Source: a virus. From it: a DNA stretch of 64,000 nucleotides. Location: positions 94,514-158,513 of the IMG/VR virus record IMGVR_UViG_3300031884_000939, one strand, 5' to 3'. Below the pieces are notes generated by a model. The model did no database searches. It saw nothing but the letters and a program-made list of their open reading frames with translations, and had not been told where the DNA came from. Numbering within the stretch: position 1 is the stretch's first letter; every line of letters starts with the position of its first letter. The translations under genes and the position numbers were made by a program. Below, piece after piece: positions 1 to 10,535 of the stretch.

Positions 1-603
1 TTTAAGTCCTTCCCAATCACATTTAGGACTTACGTAATTTTCGTCCCATGGCGCTGTGTCATTACAGCCACTATGATCCCAAAACTTATCTTCGGAGTGT
101 TCATCAACTAATTGTTCGAATGCCCATATTTCTTCGTTAAGCACCCAGTCCCAACGGTCATGTAGTGTTGTATCTTCATCGCCCATGTCTACAGCGTGTG
201 CGTTAACCTCTACACCTTTTTTCTTACGACGCTGACCTTTTTTGTAGCCTTCAGATTGTAAGTGTACCGGTACATCTTCGTCGTCGACATATGGACTACC
301 ATGCTTAGTATCACGTAACTGTTTGAGCATAGGTAGTATGACATCAGCTAATGTATGATCCATTGACCAAGTGTCCCAAAAGTCAATCTTGATATAAGAC
401 CAGCGTGGGTGGACTGTGTCTAGGAACTTTTGCCATAGTTGGCAAATAGGATCTAATATCTTAACCCAAGTTCCATATACAGGTTTATACGCTACATCGT
501 GGTCATAAAAGACTCCATCGTCCTTTTCCCAAAAGCAAACTCGCTTGAGAATATGATACGGGCTTACCCAGTGATTACGATACTTACTTGTCCAAATTTT
601 CAT
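1..603 (-). CDS. Conserved phage hypothetical protein, running off the window edge
   Basis: Manually translated open frame from ATG at 603 (MKIWTSKYRNHW...IDFWDTWSMDHTLADVILPMLKQLRDTKHGSPYVDDEDVP). I recognise this motif from large myophage hypotheticals. Not in the ORF track. Confidence 0.7.
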   Translation of the reverse strand, partial: MKIWTSKYRNHWVSPYHILKRVCFWEKDDGVFYDHDVAYKPVYGTWVKILDPICQLWQKFLDTVHPRWSYIKIDFWDTWSMDHTLADVILPMLKQLRDTKHGSPYVDDEDVPVHLQSEGYKKGQRRKKKGVEVNAHAVDMGDEDTTLHDRWDWVLNEEIWAFEQLVDEHSEDKFWDHSGCNDTAPWDENYVSPKCDWEGLK

Positions 604-784
604 TTTTGTATTCCTTGATATAATCTTTTAAAATTTGTTCAACCAACTGATTTAGTGTAATATCTTGTTCATGAGCATATAACATAAGCTGATACAACTC
701 TTCGCGATCTAATCGTAGTTCAACAATTTCGCTACCATCTAACGGGTCATCTATACTTGTTAAATCAATATCTGTCATTACCAA
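584..784 (-). CDS. Small protein, possible ribbon-helix-helix/HicB-like DNA binder
   Basis: Pattern L..LM..AHEQDITLNQLVEQIL. Confidence 0.5.
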   Translation of the reverse strand: MVMTDIDLTSIDDPLDGSEIVELRLDREELYQLMLYAHEQDITLNQLVEQILKDYIKEYKNENLDK

Positions 785-960
785 CTCCCGTCATCTATCC
801 ATAGTCTTACTGTTAAAAACAACCAACTAACGTACCAAGTACGTTCATTAGGTCCTGCCCATTCATCTGTAAACGCTCTGCCACCTTGTGGCATATAACG
901 CCAGTGTAATGGATTAACTGTTATTATAACAGACATTCCCGAGTAAGTCAACCATTTCAT
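778..960 (-). CDS. Hypothetical protein
   Basis: ORF overlapping both neighbours in a coupled operon. Confidence 0.55.
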   Translation of the reverse strand: MKWLTYSGMSVIITVNPLHWRYMPQGGRAFTDEWAGPNERTWYVSWLFLTVRLWIDDGSW

Positions 961-1379
961 TTGTATTCCTTATCTAATTTGGTACTAGTTAATTCAGCTA
1001 GTACTTGGAACTTATCCCATGCTTCTTTAACTGCTGGGCGCTTGGCCAACTCGGTATCAGGTAACACGGTTTCTAGCCAAATCTCAGATCTGCGTGTGCT
1101 GTGTGCGCCAAACTTACGAGGTTGGTGTAGCTTGCCGGAATCGTATAGTTCCATCGATATAGCTCTAAAAGCCAATTTGTGTTTATCGGTTGGGTAGTGT
1201 TGCCACTCCGGACTACTCCAACTTTGACGAGCATGATATCCTTGCCAAATGTCTTCCCACTCCTCATCGATATGTGGATCAAAATTAGTACGAGCAATAA
1301 CAACCAATACATCGTCAATGTCCACAACCCCTTCGTAGAGATCAACTAAACATCGACTATAACTTAATCCTACTTTCAT
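957..1379 (-). CDS. Hypothetical phage protein
   Basis: 140-aa ORF with overlapping start/stop junctions. Confidence 0.65.
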   Translation of the reverse strand: MKVGLSYSRCLVDLYEGVVDIDDVLVVIARTNFDPHIDEEWEDIWQGYHARQSWSSPEWQHYPTDKHKLAFRAISMELYDSGKLHQPRKFGAHSTRRSEIWLETVLPDTELAKRPAVKEAWDKFQVLAELTSTKLDKEYK

Positions 1380-2299
1380 TACACCTCCAAATATTGTAAT
1401 TTAAACCAATCAGCACTTGCTTCATGGCCAACATAGCCTCGTGGGTTACATACTACTCTAGTATCGCCAATCCAATAGTTAAAATTAAAATGCGTGTGTC
1501 CATGTAGCCAATACTTAATCTGTGGCCTAGCTTCAATAAAATCATCCAAGTTACTACGAAAAGCAGCGTTTAGTAAGTTACCTTTATATACATCTGCTAC
1601 GCTTAACTCAGACGGACAATGATGACCAACAACAATATAACTGCCGGGATCGCGTGTAACATGGTCAACATAGGCTAACATTTTCTTATGGTCAACCACG
1701 CTATCTTCAGGAGTCCATCGAGCCGGCTCTTCTTTGCTCTTGTAGCCAATATTGATCATGGCACCTGTGGCATCTTTGCTATACTGCCCACCGTTACGAC
1801 CATCATCGGTCCACAAAGGATTCTTTTCGTAGATAGGAACATTCCGCACAACCATTCTATTGCTGTTTAACACTTCGCGGAAATCATTCATAGATCCTTG
1901 AGCATAATTCATAGCTAACGAATCCTCATTGTTCATGTCGGTCCATAGTGTACCACCAATAAATGTATGATCCATATGAGTCCAACACTCTTTCTCAAGG
2001 ATATGTAAATTACCATAGTCCAAATGATACTTAAGAATGTTTTCAGTATGGGCAACATCTCCCGAGTAGTGTTCGTGATTGCCCATGATGTAAACTATAT
2101 GGGGAAACTCTCGACAAACATTGTCAAAAAACTGCCTGTACTCTTTAGCCAAATGCTTTAAGTAAGTGGGCCTACCATCTGTGAAGTGTTTAGCTACACA
2201 GATGTCGCCAGCAAGAACTAATACATCTGCCTGTTCTTCATTCTTGAGTTCAATAGGTCCGAACTCTAAATGGATATCACTTGCTAGAGCTAATTTCAA
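1379..2299 (-). CDS. Calcineurin-like metallophosphoesterase
   Basis: SDIHLE, LAGD, GNHE, GHH, HGHTH and NPRGY motifs. Confidence 0.9.
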   Translation of the reverse strand: MKLALASDIHLEFGPIELKNEEQADVLVLAGDICVAKHFTDGRPTYLKHLAKEYRQFFDNVCREFPHIVYIMGNHEHYSGDVAHTENILKYHLDYGNLHILEKECWTHMDHTFIGGTLWTDMNNEDSLAMNYAQGSMNDFREVLNSNRMVVRNVPIYEKNPLWTDDGRNGGQYSKDATGAMINIGYKSKEEPARWTPEDSVVDHKKMLAYVDHVTRDPGSYIVVGHHCPSELSVADVYKGNLLNAAFRSNLDDFIEARPQIKYWLHGHTHFNFNYWIGDTRVVCNPRGYVGHEASADWFKLQYLEV

Positions 2300-2633
2300 T
2301 TGTGACTTCCTTTAATTGTGTTTGTAGTTCTTTTACTAGGTCTTCGTCACCGCCTGCTAAGTAGGCTGTTTTATCCGGAAAGCGAGCTTTAATAGCATCG
2401 CGAAGTTCTGTTATTGTATTACCTTGACAAAGAAACTGTTTGTCTTCTTCACTATAACAATAGATTTGGCCGTTAACTCGTTCGACAGTAACCGGCATTA
2501 AAGTATCCGAGGCTTGCTTAATTTTAGAATCAATTTCTCCAATAACTTGGCGAACTACGCTTCTAATATAAACATATACAAATACAAATGTTAATCCAAT
2601 ACCGATTACAATTCCTAAAATAATATCGCTCAT
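2277..2633 (-). CDS. Membrane-anchored hypothetical protein
   Basis: N-terminal hydrophobic helix; FLCQG motif. Confidence 0.6.
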   Translation of the reverse strand: MSDIILGIVIGIGLTFVFVYVYIRSVVRQVIGEIDSKIKQASDTLMPVTVERVNGQIYCYSEEDKQFLCQGNTITELRDAIKARFPDKTAYLAGGDEDLVKELQTQLKEVTIEISSSK

Positions 2634-3148
2634 TTATCTAATCCTTTATCTTCTACACCTTGTTTATACCATTCAGTTAAGGGTTCTGGCTCTTCGTCAT
2701 CTTCCCAACCCCATTCATCTTTAACTTTATCTTTGTAGTACTCTGGTTCATTGGAACTATCTGTACATTCATCATCGAAGTACTCGCCATCGTATATAGC
2801 TGTTCCTACAAATCCTACTCCAGGCTCAAAGTAATCTAGCTGAAATGTTACATTGGGTTGACTTCTTGCCCAAGTTTCAAACGCTTGAACTGGAGGAGCC
2901 CATGCCGTACTAAAACTAAAACTAATCGAATCACCTTCTTCGTCGTCTAGATAACATTCGTTGATATCCCACTTGGTGCCCCAATTTTCTACATTCCAGC
3001 TATACCAGTCTTGGTCGTTTTCAAACTTAGGTTGTGGGACCATCCAGTTCAATAATTCTCCATCATCGCTTTCTATAATCTTTTTGATTTCATTAATTAC
3101 TTCTGCTGGACCACTAATAGTTGCTCTGTTATCACACCAATTAGGCAT
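2630..3148 (-). CDS. YubB/Api92-like ferredoxin-fold protein (DUF1281-like)
   Basis: MPNWCDN start, WYSWNVENWGTKWD, FSTAWAPP, YFEPG. Start moved to MPNWC. Confidence 0.8.
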   Translation of the reverse strand: MPNWCDNRATISGPAEVINEIKKIIESDDGELLNWMVPQPKFENDQDWYSWNVENWGTKWDINECYLDDEEGDSISFSFSTAWAPPVQAFETWARSQPNVTFQLDYFEPGVGFVGTAIYDGEYFDDECTDSSNEPEYYKDKVKDEWGWEDDEEPEPLTEWYKQGVEDKGLDK

Positions 3149-3602
3149 TCTTCTTCTCCTTGCGGTTTTCAAAATATTGTTCGTGTTGGACCCATTCATC
3201 ATTAACTAGGAATCCCCAGTCTCTTCTTTGCTTACCAGGCATAAACAATGTCCAACAAGTCTTACCTGGCTTCAACTCAATTCTATGATATGATTCTGCC
3301 GAACAAGTACGGAAGTGCCCTGGGCCACGCCATTTTTGTACTTCGCTAACCATTTCACCCATTTCATTAAAGTATGGGATCCATTCATAATAGCCACCCC
3401 ATAAAATTATTGTAGCATAGGGCCAAGGATGATCATGAACATCATCTGGATCGCCCTTTAGGAACTTGTGTAGGAATATATTAAATGGAAAGTGCTTACG
3501 ATCCTTTAGGAACAAATAATATCGTTCCAAATAAGGTTCGTTATCTTGCCTGTCCAAAATAACACGGTATTTACCTAATCGTTCGAATAGTTTTTTAAGC
3601 AT
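3141..3602 (-). CDS. Cupin-fold conserved phage protein
   Basis: PYLERYYL, LHKFLKGD...HDHPW, YHRIEL, WTLF...RDWGF. ATG lies 6 nt after a consensus -10 box. Confidence 0.7.
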   Translation of the reverse strand: MLKKLFERLGKYRVILDRQDNEPYLERYYLFLKDRKHFPFNIFLHKFLKGDPDDVHDHPWPYATIILWGGYYEWIPYFNEMGEMVSEVQKWRGPGHFRTCSAESYHRIELKPGKTCWTLFMPGKQRRDWGFLVNDEWVQHEQYFENRKEKKNA

Positions 3603-3608
3603 ACAATG

Positions 3609-3637
3609 ATTATACCTTAAAATCAATTACTTGTCAA
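3609..3637 (-). promoter_or_regulatory. Perfect sigma70 promoter, probably giving a leaderless mRNA
   Basis: TTGACA-N17-TATAAT then 6 nt to ATG at 3602. Confidence 0.85.
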
Positions 3638-3639
3638 TG

Positions 3640-3666
3640 AAAAAGCCCCAGGGATTGGGGCTTTTT
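3640..3666. terminator. Intrinsic terminator, possibly bidirectional
   Basis: AAAAAGCCCCA-GGGAT-TGGGGCTTTTT. Confidence 0.8.
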
Positions 3667-3703
3667 GGTTTTAAATGCCGCCGAACGGGGCATTTAGGTG
3701 TGA

Positions 3704-3973
3704 TTACAAGCCTACAGCAAGAGCGCGGTAGCCAGCAGCGATCAACTCGCGTGATGGTTTGGTCAATGCGTATTCAGTTACTTGAATGCCATTACCAGCC
3801 TTACGGTTGATAGTAGCTACAGCAAAACCATTGTGGCGAATGCGTGAAACTTCAGCGGCCAAGTTCTTGATGCCAAAACGCTTTTGTGCTACAGAAGCTG
3901 TAACAACTTCACCTGCTTGAAGAGCTGTTTGGAGTTTAAATGTTTTTGTATCGCGTGAATATTGATATTTCAT
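3704..3973 (-). CDS. Winged helix-turn-helix-like small protein
   Basis: L..GEVVT...AQKRFGIKNLAAEVSRIRHNGFAV pattern; AAGGA RBS. Confidence 0.6.
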   Translation of the reverse strand: MKYQYSRDTKTFKLQTALQAGEVVTASVAQKRFGIKNLAAEVSRIRHNGFAVATINRKAGNGIQVTEYALTKPSRELIAAGYRALAVGL

Positions 3974-4151
3974 GTTTATTGTATCCTTTCTTAGTAGTAA
4001 TAAACGGTAGTTGATTTTACACAACTTAGAACTAGTATACACTCACTAACTTAATAAAACAAGTGAAACGGCGCACTAAATTGGTTAATTCTGCCAAAAA
4101 CCGCTATACAGCGTTTTAACTAAATAATAAAGCTAACCAAGGATAACATAG

Positions 4152-6248
4152 ATGTCCCAAATTATTATTAACACCGGAAATATTGCCAATGATGGCACTG
4201 GTGACCCGCTACGTACCGCATTTAATGATGTAAATAACAATTTTACACAGGTTTTTAGTGCCGGCCCGGTAGGTAGTAACATAGCAATCGCTAACAATAC
4301 TATCCAAACTACCAATACAAATGGTAATTTAATCCTTGCTACAAATGGTGTAGGAGTTGTTGTTCCGGCGGCTAATTTTGTTCCAGATAGACCAAACACT
4401 CGTTCTATTGGTACTTCAGCAGACCGTTTTTCTACAGTTTACGCCCAATATCTTAATGCCAATTCAGGTACATTTAGTGGTAACATTTATGCTGGAAATA
4501 TGCATTTTACTGGCAATGTTGTTACAGTTAACTACTCTACAGCAAATATTGGAAACCTTAATCTTACATTAGCGGCCAACGCTTCTAATGCCGCATTAGC
4601 TAATGGCGCTGGTATTATAGTTGCTAATGCCAATGCTAACTTAATTTATAATTACAGTTCTAATTCTTGGGATAGCTCAATTGCTATTACAGCCCCAACC
4701 TTTATTGGCGATGGCGCAAATTTAACCAATGTTGTTGCTAATGTTAATGCTATTAATTTATTAGGCAACACATTAAGTTCATCTGTTGTATATTCAAATT
4801 TAACTAGTTTTGGAAGTGTAACTAGTTTATCAGCTATAGGTGATATATCAACTACAGGTAATGTTTATGCTAACGCAATCGTTGGCAATACTATCTTTGG
4901 TGCTCTTAATGGCGACGGTAGTAACATTACTAATATTACGGCTAATGCTATTGTAGGTAATGTTCCATTTGCTCTTAATGCTAACTCAGCTTATACAGCT
5001 AACTTAGCAGCACTAGCCACACAAGCTATCAATGCCGACACAGCATTGTTTGCCATTAATGCTAACTTAGCAGCATTTTCTAATGTAGCAACTTCAGCAC
5101 AAACAGCTAACAGTTCTCATTACTCTATTCAATCAGACAATGCTAACTCTGCTGTTGTAGCAGGTATGGCTTATGAATTATCTCCTAGTGCTAATGTGTC
5201 CTTAACTGGAAACATTCAAGTTGGAGGCATTTTAACTAACGGTTATTACTATGCTAACGGTACACCATTTACTGGTGCTACTAGTAATGTTTCTAATTTA
5301 GTTAATGGCAATGCTATTTTTAGTTTAACATCAGATGGCGTGTTAAATCTTCCAGTAGGGCATAGTTATTCATACAATGCTACCCTTACTGGCTATGGCA
5401 GCAACACAGCCCAAATACATTTTAATTTAGTTTGCGATCAATCAGGCACACAAACTGAATGGCAAGCAGGAATTACCAATCCAGGTAACGGATATTCTGT
5501 AGGCCAAACATTTACATACGATTCTACATTCATAGGAATACCTAACGCATCTGTTAGTATCGAAGTCGCAAGTGTAAACGGATCTGGCGGAGTTACTAAT
5601 TTAGCATTTACACAACCTCCATTATATCCACCTAGCTTTTATCAATCAAATTCATTTATAGCGTTAGAAGCTAATACACAGCGTTGGACTTTTGGATTAA
5701 ATGGCAACTTAACATTGCCGGCCACTATAACTGGCTTGGCTACTGCTGTCACACTTAACGCTGGCCTCACAGTAGGCTACTCCACAGCGGCCAACGTGCC
5801 AACCATTGCTGACACAGGTACAGGCACAGGCCTAACTGTTGACATCATAGCCGATAGTGGCAACGCTGGTTCAATTACTAGTGTCACCCTTAATCAGCGT
5901 GGCCAAGGCTATGCGCCGGGTGATCAGTTAACTATTAATCAGCCCAGCAGTACTGGCAACGGTGAGTTAACTGTTGTGGCAGTCGAGACTGTCAATCCTA
6001 GCATTAACTATGCTAACGGTCAACCATATGGTGGTAGTGGTAACTTTACAGGTAATATTAATGCTGTTAATGTTACAGCTACCGGTAATGTTAGTGCTGG
6101 CAATTTATATATTGGTAACACACTTTTTACAAGAACACTTTTAGTAGGAACATGGACTGCCCCAGTTACTGTGCCGCTAGCAAGTAATAATAGTTTTAAT
6201 GTTTTAACTGCTAATGGCAGTTCTAACATCGTGGTATATACAACTTAA
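4152..6248 (+). CDS. Tail fibre/baseplate-associated structural protein
   Basis: N-terminal INTGNIANDGTGDPLRTAFNDVNNNF resembles the T4 gp9/gp10-type motif; Asn/Gly/Thr-rich; TAAATA upstream. Confidence 0.75.
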   Translation: MSQIIINTGNIANDGTGDPLRTAFNDVNNNFTQVFSAGPVGSNIAIANNTIQTTNTNGNLILATNGVGVVVPAANFVPDRPNTRSIGTSADRFSTVYAQYLNANSGTFSGNIYAGNMHFTGNVVTVNYSTANIGNLNLTLAANASNAALANGAGIIVANANANLIYNYSSNSWDSSIAITAPTFIGDGANLTNVVANVNAINLLGNTLSSSVVYSNLTSFGSVTSLSAIGDISTTGNVYANAIVGNTIFGALNGDGSNITNITANAIVGNVPFALNANSAYTANLAALATQAINADTALFAINANLAAFSNVATSAQTANSSHYSIQSDNANSAVVAGMAYELSPSANVSLTGNIQVGGILTNGYYYANGTPFTGATSNVSNLVNGNAIFSLTSDGVLNLPVGHSYSYNATLTGYGSNTAQIHFNLVCDQSGTQTEWQAGITNPGNGYSVGQTFTYDSTFIGIPNASVSIEVASVNGSGGVTNLAFTQPPLYPPSFYQSNSFIALEANTQRWTFGLNGNLTLPATITGLATAVTLNAGLTVGYSTAANVPTIADTGTGTGLTVDIIADSGNAGSITSVTLNQRGQGYAPGDQLTINQPSSTGNGELTVVAVETVNPSINYANGQPYGGSGNFTGNINAVNVTATGNVSAGNLYIGNTLFTRTLLVGTWTAPVTVPLASNNSFNVLTANGSSNIVVYTT

Positions 6249-6268
6249 TTCACTAGGAAATAATAGCA

Positions 6269-9200
6269 ATGGCAAACCAAATCCCATTAATCGTAAATGC
6301 TGGCGCAGGTCAGATACAACAATTAGCAACAGAGGATAATCTTTCTGTTACTGCTAATGTTGTTACAGGTAATATTTTAGCAGGTGGCTACTTTTACGCA
6401 AACGGACAACCGTTTAGTGGCGGCGGCAATGCTACTCCAGGCGGCAGCAACACACAAGTTCAGTTTAATCTTGATGGCGCATTTGCTGGCGACTCTAGCT
6501 TTACATATGATAGTGCTAATGCCGCTAATGGCTTAATACTACAATCATCATTTGTAGCCAACCCAGGCGCTAGTATTTTAGAAGTACACGGGTTAAGCGC
6601 ATATATGGGCGAAGTAGCCGGAGGTGGTATTGAGGTTAATGCTGCTACTCACACAACTACTATTAGTACTCCTGCTACAAATATTACCGGCGATGTATCT
6701 GCCGCAGGCAATATTACTGGCAATTTTATTATTGGAGATGGTTCTCAGTTAACTAATCTTCCGTCAAGTACTCCTACAAATATTCAATATGGCACAACTA
6801 CAGTGGCTATTGACGCTCCAAGTGGTAATGTTTATATTCAAGTAGATGACAATCCAATTTGGACATTTAATTCTGATGCCACACTTACTGCTCCTGGCAC
6901 AATAATTGCTCAAGAATTAAATGCTGGCGACTACACATATGGAACTTCTGGCGATGCGTTTTTCCATTCTAATATTAGTGGAACTAGTATAGGCGTTACT
7001 GGTGGTGGTGGCATTGCCGTTGATGGTGGCGGCATCAGTATTGGTGGCACAGGCGGAGCAAACATTTTTGGTATTGCTAATGCTAACATTATTATTGGTG
7101 GTCCTTATACACAATCCGTTAATGTATTAACTCCTATCAATGCTACTAATAGTATCACAGCTACAAATTTTTATGGTACTGATATTTCAGCTTCGGGTAA
7201 TATTACTAGTGATGGCAAAGTTATTACAGTAGCTAGCAACTTATCAGATGGCGCAGTATCTGGTGCTGGATTAATTGCTGGAGCAAATACTGCTACTATT
7301 CTTTATGACAATAGCGTGTTTGGTTGGACAGTAAATCAAGGTTGGCACCCAGCGGCTAATGCAACATATAACTTAGGTCGTCCAACTCGTTATTGGAATA
7401 ATCTTTATTCAGTTAATGTTACAGCTGATAACATGGATATTGTCGACGGGCTTGCTAGTAATTCTATTACTTCTGGATCATTCTTATTAGCTAATGCGGG
7501 CAATTCAACTACTAGTATAATTCAACAAAATCAAAATCCTCCATTAGGTTCAGAGGCATTTGGTATTGAGTTATTAACCACTGCTAATGATAACCCTGGT
7601 GTTTACAGTAGTGTTTCTGCTGGGCCAGACTATGTTTCATTACAAAGTAGTAATGCTGGTAATGCTAATGTAACATTACAAGGTGGATATGGTATTACAC
7701 TTAATACAAGTAATGCTACAGGCGGTGGACAACAAACTTGGACCTTTACAGAAGGCGGTCAATTCCTTGCTGCCGGAGATGTTAGCACAACAGGTAATGT
7801 ATTAGCTCAAGGAGTAGTTTCTGCTACTGGCAATATTATTACTGACGGATACTTTGTTGGTAACTTTGCTGGTAACATTACAGGTAATATTGTTGTTCCT
7901 GGTTCAAATACACAAGTATTGTTTAACACAAACGGTAATGTTGATGCTGTTGGTGGATTAACTTATAACAAAGATTCAAACACATTAACAATTTTAGGTG
8001 TTGTAAGTGCTCAAGGCGATGTATTTGGAGCTACTATTAATGGCAATGGTGCTAACTTAACTAGCTTGTATAGTACTGTTGATGTCATTGCTCTTGGTAG
8101 AAATGCTGGCGGCGGCTCTTATGCTAATTCCATATCAATTGGTGTTGGTTCAGGTGACCAAGGAGCAAACTCAGTAGCAGTTGGTCCTTACAGTGGCGCT
8201 AATGCTCAAGGCAGTTATAGTGTAGCAATTGGTCGTAGCGCAGCTTATTCAGCTCAAGGAAATATTGCTATTGCTATTGGTCGCGGCGCTGGATGGGGCA
8301 ACCAAAGTGACGAAGCGATTTCGATTGGTTATGGAGCAGGTAATTCAACACAAGGGTACCAAGCTATTTCCATTGGTTCAAATGCGGGTGCTAATTCACA
8401 AACTGATAACGCTATATCAATTGGTTCAGCGGCTGGTTTTGAAACACAAGGCGAATTTTCAATTGGTATTGGACATATAGCAGGCGGATATTTCCAAGGA
8501 CCACAAGCTATTGCGATTGGTTTATCAGCAGGTAATACTACGCAAGGCGCAAATGCTATAGCGTTAGGATGGATAGCTGGTAATATTAACCAAGGCAGTG
8601 ATGGCATTGCTATTGGTACTAACGCTGGTAACAGTAATCAAGGCGTTGGAGCTGTTGCTATCGGCCGCTGGGCAGGCAATGGTAATCAAGGTATTAACTC
8701 TGTAGCACTTGGCCGCAATGCTGGTAATGTTAGTCAAGGTATAGAAGCTGTAGCTGTTGGTCATAGTGCTGGTAATACTACACAAGGTAATGCGGCAGTA
8801 GCCGTTGGTTGGCAAGCAGGTTATATCAGTCAAGCTGATTATTCTGTAGCGATTGGCGCTTATGCTGGTAACCTTAACATGGGTGCTAACGCTGTAGCCA
8901 TTGGATCCTTTGCTGGATATCCAAATTCAGCTAATAACTCTATTGCTATTAACGGCAATCCAACTCCATTAGATGCGCCTAACGCAGGCTTTTATGTAGC
9001 TCCAGTTCGCAATGACACAGGTAATGTAACTAATGTCGTTTATTACAATACTTTAACTAATGAAGTTACATATGGTCCAACAACCATTGGTAGCTCAATT
9101 GTTAATGGTAATAGTAATGTTTCTATTAGTACTGCTGGTGGCAACATCGACCTCAATGTAAATGGAAATCCATTTGGTAGTTTAGGATTTGGTGTTGCTT

Positions 9201-9991
9201 TAGGATACAATGCTGGCGGATCAGGAAATACAGCATTCCAAGAATCAGGCATTGCTATTGGTACGAGTGCTGGTAATACTAGCCAAGGCATACATAGTAT
9301 TGCTATTGGTTGGAATACTGGTGAATATCTACAAGGTAATAGTGCCGTAGCTATTGGAGAAAACGCTGGTTACGCACAACAGGGCGATTTTGCTATTGCC
9401 ATTGGGGCAGTAGCTGGTCGTGCGTTACAAGGTGCTAATGCTATTGCTTTCGGTACTCGAGCTGGATTAGAAGGCCAAGGAGCTTATGCTATTGCTATTG
9501 GTGCCGAGGCTGCTTCAAATAATCAACCTGTTAATAGTATTGCTATCGTAGCATCTGGTGTTGACCCAGTGCCAACTAACTCAGGATTGTATATTGATCC
9601 AGTTCGCAATGACACAGGCAATGTAACTAACGCTGTTTACTATAATACAACAACTAAAGAAGTTACATATGGCCCAGCGGGTGGCGGATCTAGTGTGGCC
9701 GAAGCGGCATTTACTATCCAATCATCTGACTTTAATGCGGTAGTTGGCAATAGATATGGAGTAGACACTACTAGTAATCCAGTAACAGCCACATTAACTG
9801 CGTTTCCTATAACAGGAACTGCTGTGTTCTTTGCTGATGCAGGCGGAGCATTTGCCACAAATAATTTAACAATTAACCCAGTAGGGCGAACCATTATGGG
9901 TTCAAGTGGCAACTATGTTGTTAATACTAACAATAATAGTTTTGGCTTGTTCTGGAATGGAACAACATGGCGCACATATAGTAATGTTTAA
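6269..9991 (+). CDS. Long tail-fibre/adhesin with YadA-head-like repeats
   Basis: Many 14-aa QG..AIAIG..AG repeats in two blocks; duplicated PVRNDTGNVTN.VYYNT.T.EVTYGP module; C-terminal YGVDT...NNLTINP...W domain typical of phage fibres. Confidence 0.8.
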   Translation: MANQIPLIVNAGAGQIQQLATEDNLSVTANVVTGNILAGGYFYANGQPFSGGGNATPGGSNTQVQFNLDGAFAGDSSFTYDSANAANGLILQSSFVANPGASILEVHGLSAYMGEVAGGGIEVNAATHTTTISTPATNITGDVSAAGNITGNFIIGDGSQLTNLPSSTPTNIQYGTTTVAIDAPSGNVYIQVDDNPIWTFNSDATLTAPGTIIAQELNAGDYTYGTSGDAFFHSNISGTSIGVTGGGGIAVDGGGISIGGTGGANIFGIANANIIIGGPYTQSVNVLTPINATNSITATNFYGTDISASGNITSDGKVITVASNLSDGAVSGAGLIAGANTATILYDNSVFGWTVNQGWHPAANATYNLGRPTRYWNNLYSVNVTADNMDIVDGLASNSITSGSFLLANAGNSTTSIIQQNQNPPLGSEAFGIELLTTANDNPGVYSSVSAGPDYVSLQSSNAGNANVTLQGGYGITLNTSNATGGGQQTWTFTEGGQFLAAGDVSTTGNVLAQGVVSATGNIITDGYFVGNFAGNITGNIVVPGSNTQVLFNTNGNVDAVGGLTYNKDSNTLTILGVVSAQGDVFGATINGNGANLTSLYSTVDVIALGRNAGGGSYANSISIGVGSGDQGANSVAVGPYSGANAQGSYSVAIGRSAAYSAQGNIAIAIGRGAGWGNQSDEAISIGYGAGNSTQGYQAISIGSNAGANSQTDNAISIGSAAGFETQGEFSIGIGHIAGGYFQGPQAIAIGLSAGNTTQGANAIALGWIAGNINQGSDGIAIGTNAGNSNQGVGAVAIGRWAGNGNQGINSVALGRNAGNVSQGIEAVAVGHSAGNTTQGNAAVAVGWQAGYISQADYSVAIGAYAGNLNMGANAVAIGSFAGYPNSANNSIAINGNPTPLDAPNAGFYVAPVRNDTGNVTNVVYYNTLTNEVTYGPTTIGSSIVNGNSNVSISTAGGNIDLNVNGNPFGSLGFGVALGYNAGGSGNTAFQESGIAIGTSAGNTSQGIHSIAIGWNTGEYLQGNSAVAIGENAGYAQQGDFAIAIGAVAGRALQGANAIAFGTRAGLEGQGAYAIAIGAEAASNNQPVNSIAIVASGVDPVPTNSGLYIDPVRNDTGNVTNAVYYNTTTKEVTYGPAGGGSSVAEAAFTIQSSDFNAVVGNRYGVDTTSNPVTATLTAFPITGTAVFFADAGGAFATNNLTINPVGRTIMGSSGNYVVNTNNNSFGLFWNGTTWRTYSNV

Positions 9992-10016
9992 TAAATATAC
10001 AAAAGGAAATTAAATC

Positions 10017-10424
10017 ATGGTAGCACCATTACAAATCGGACCAGGAATTAACATAGGACCAGGAATTAACATAGGAGCAGGAGCAGCTCCTATTACAGGC
10101 GGAACAATCACTTATCTTGAAATGAATCCGCCAGTTATCCCAGGGAACCAATTAGAAGATACTACTGCTACAGTTAACGGATCAGTTGGCTTTACTATTA
10201 ACGATCTTACTAAAACAGGAGTAGCAGTATCTAACCTTACACCATCTAATAATACATTCTTTAGTAATCAAGGCACGGGATATTTTGCTGCTTCATTTGG
10301 GCCAGGAAGTACTCATGCTACAGCTATAGTACAAATAGTAAATGTCAGTGGCGGCTTAGTATTCTACATTGACCATACCATAGGTTATCCAGCAACATTT
10401 AACTATCCATTTGTGATAGCATAA
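10017..10424 (+). CDS. Putative virion protein with a Gly-Ile leader (IGPGINIGPGINIG)
   Basis: AAGGA RBS, TAAATA upstream, leader shared with 10536 and 11400. Confidence 0.65.
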   Translation: MVAPLQIGPGINIGPGINIGAGAAPITGGTITYLEMNPPVIPGNQLEDTTATVNGSVGFTINDLTKTGVAVSNLTPSNNTFFSNQGTGYFAASFGPGSTHATAIVQIVNVSGGLVFYIDHTIGYPATFNYPFVIA

Positions 10425-10436
10425 GGAAAATAAATC

Positions 10437-10526
10437 ATGTATACAACAGCAAATCCAAAACCCGGCGACCCAGGCTTCTGGGAGTGGCATAGAACTAACA
10501 ACCCACCAACATTTCCAAAACCTTAA
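10437..10526 (+). CDS. 29-aa Pro-rich micropeptide (MYTTANPKPGDPGFWEWHRTNNPPTFPKP)
   Basis: RBS AAGGAAAATAAATC-ATG is nearly identical to that of the 10017 gene; fills the gap between two genes. Confidence 0.55.
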   Translation: MYTTANPKPGDPGFWEWHRTNNPPTFPKP

Positions 10527-10535
10527 GGACAAATT

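Noticed and set aside
8090-9545. Regular ~42-nt periodicity resembling a CRISPR or DNA repeat array
   Set aside because: Explained by in-frame 14-aa YadA-like protein repeats with degenerate codons; no identical repeats with unique spacers and no cas genes.
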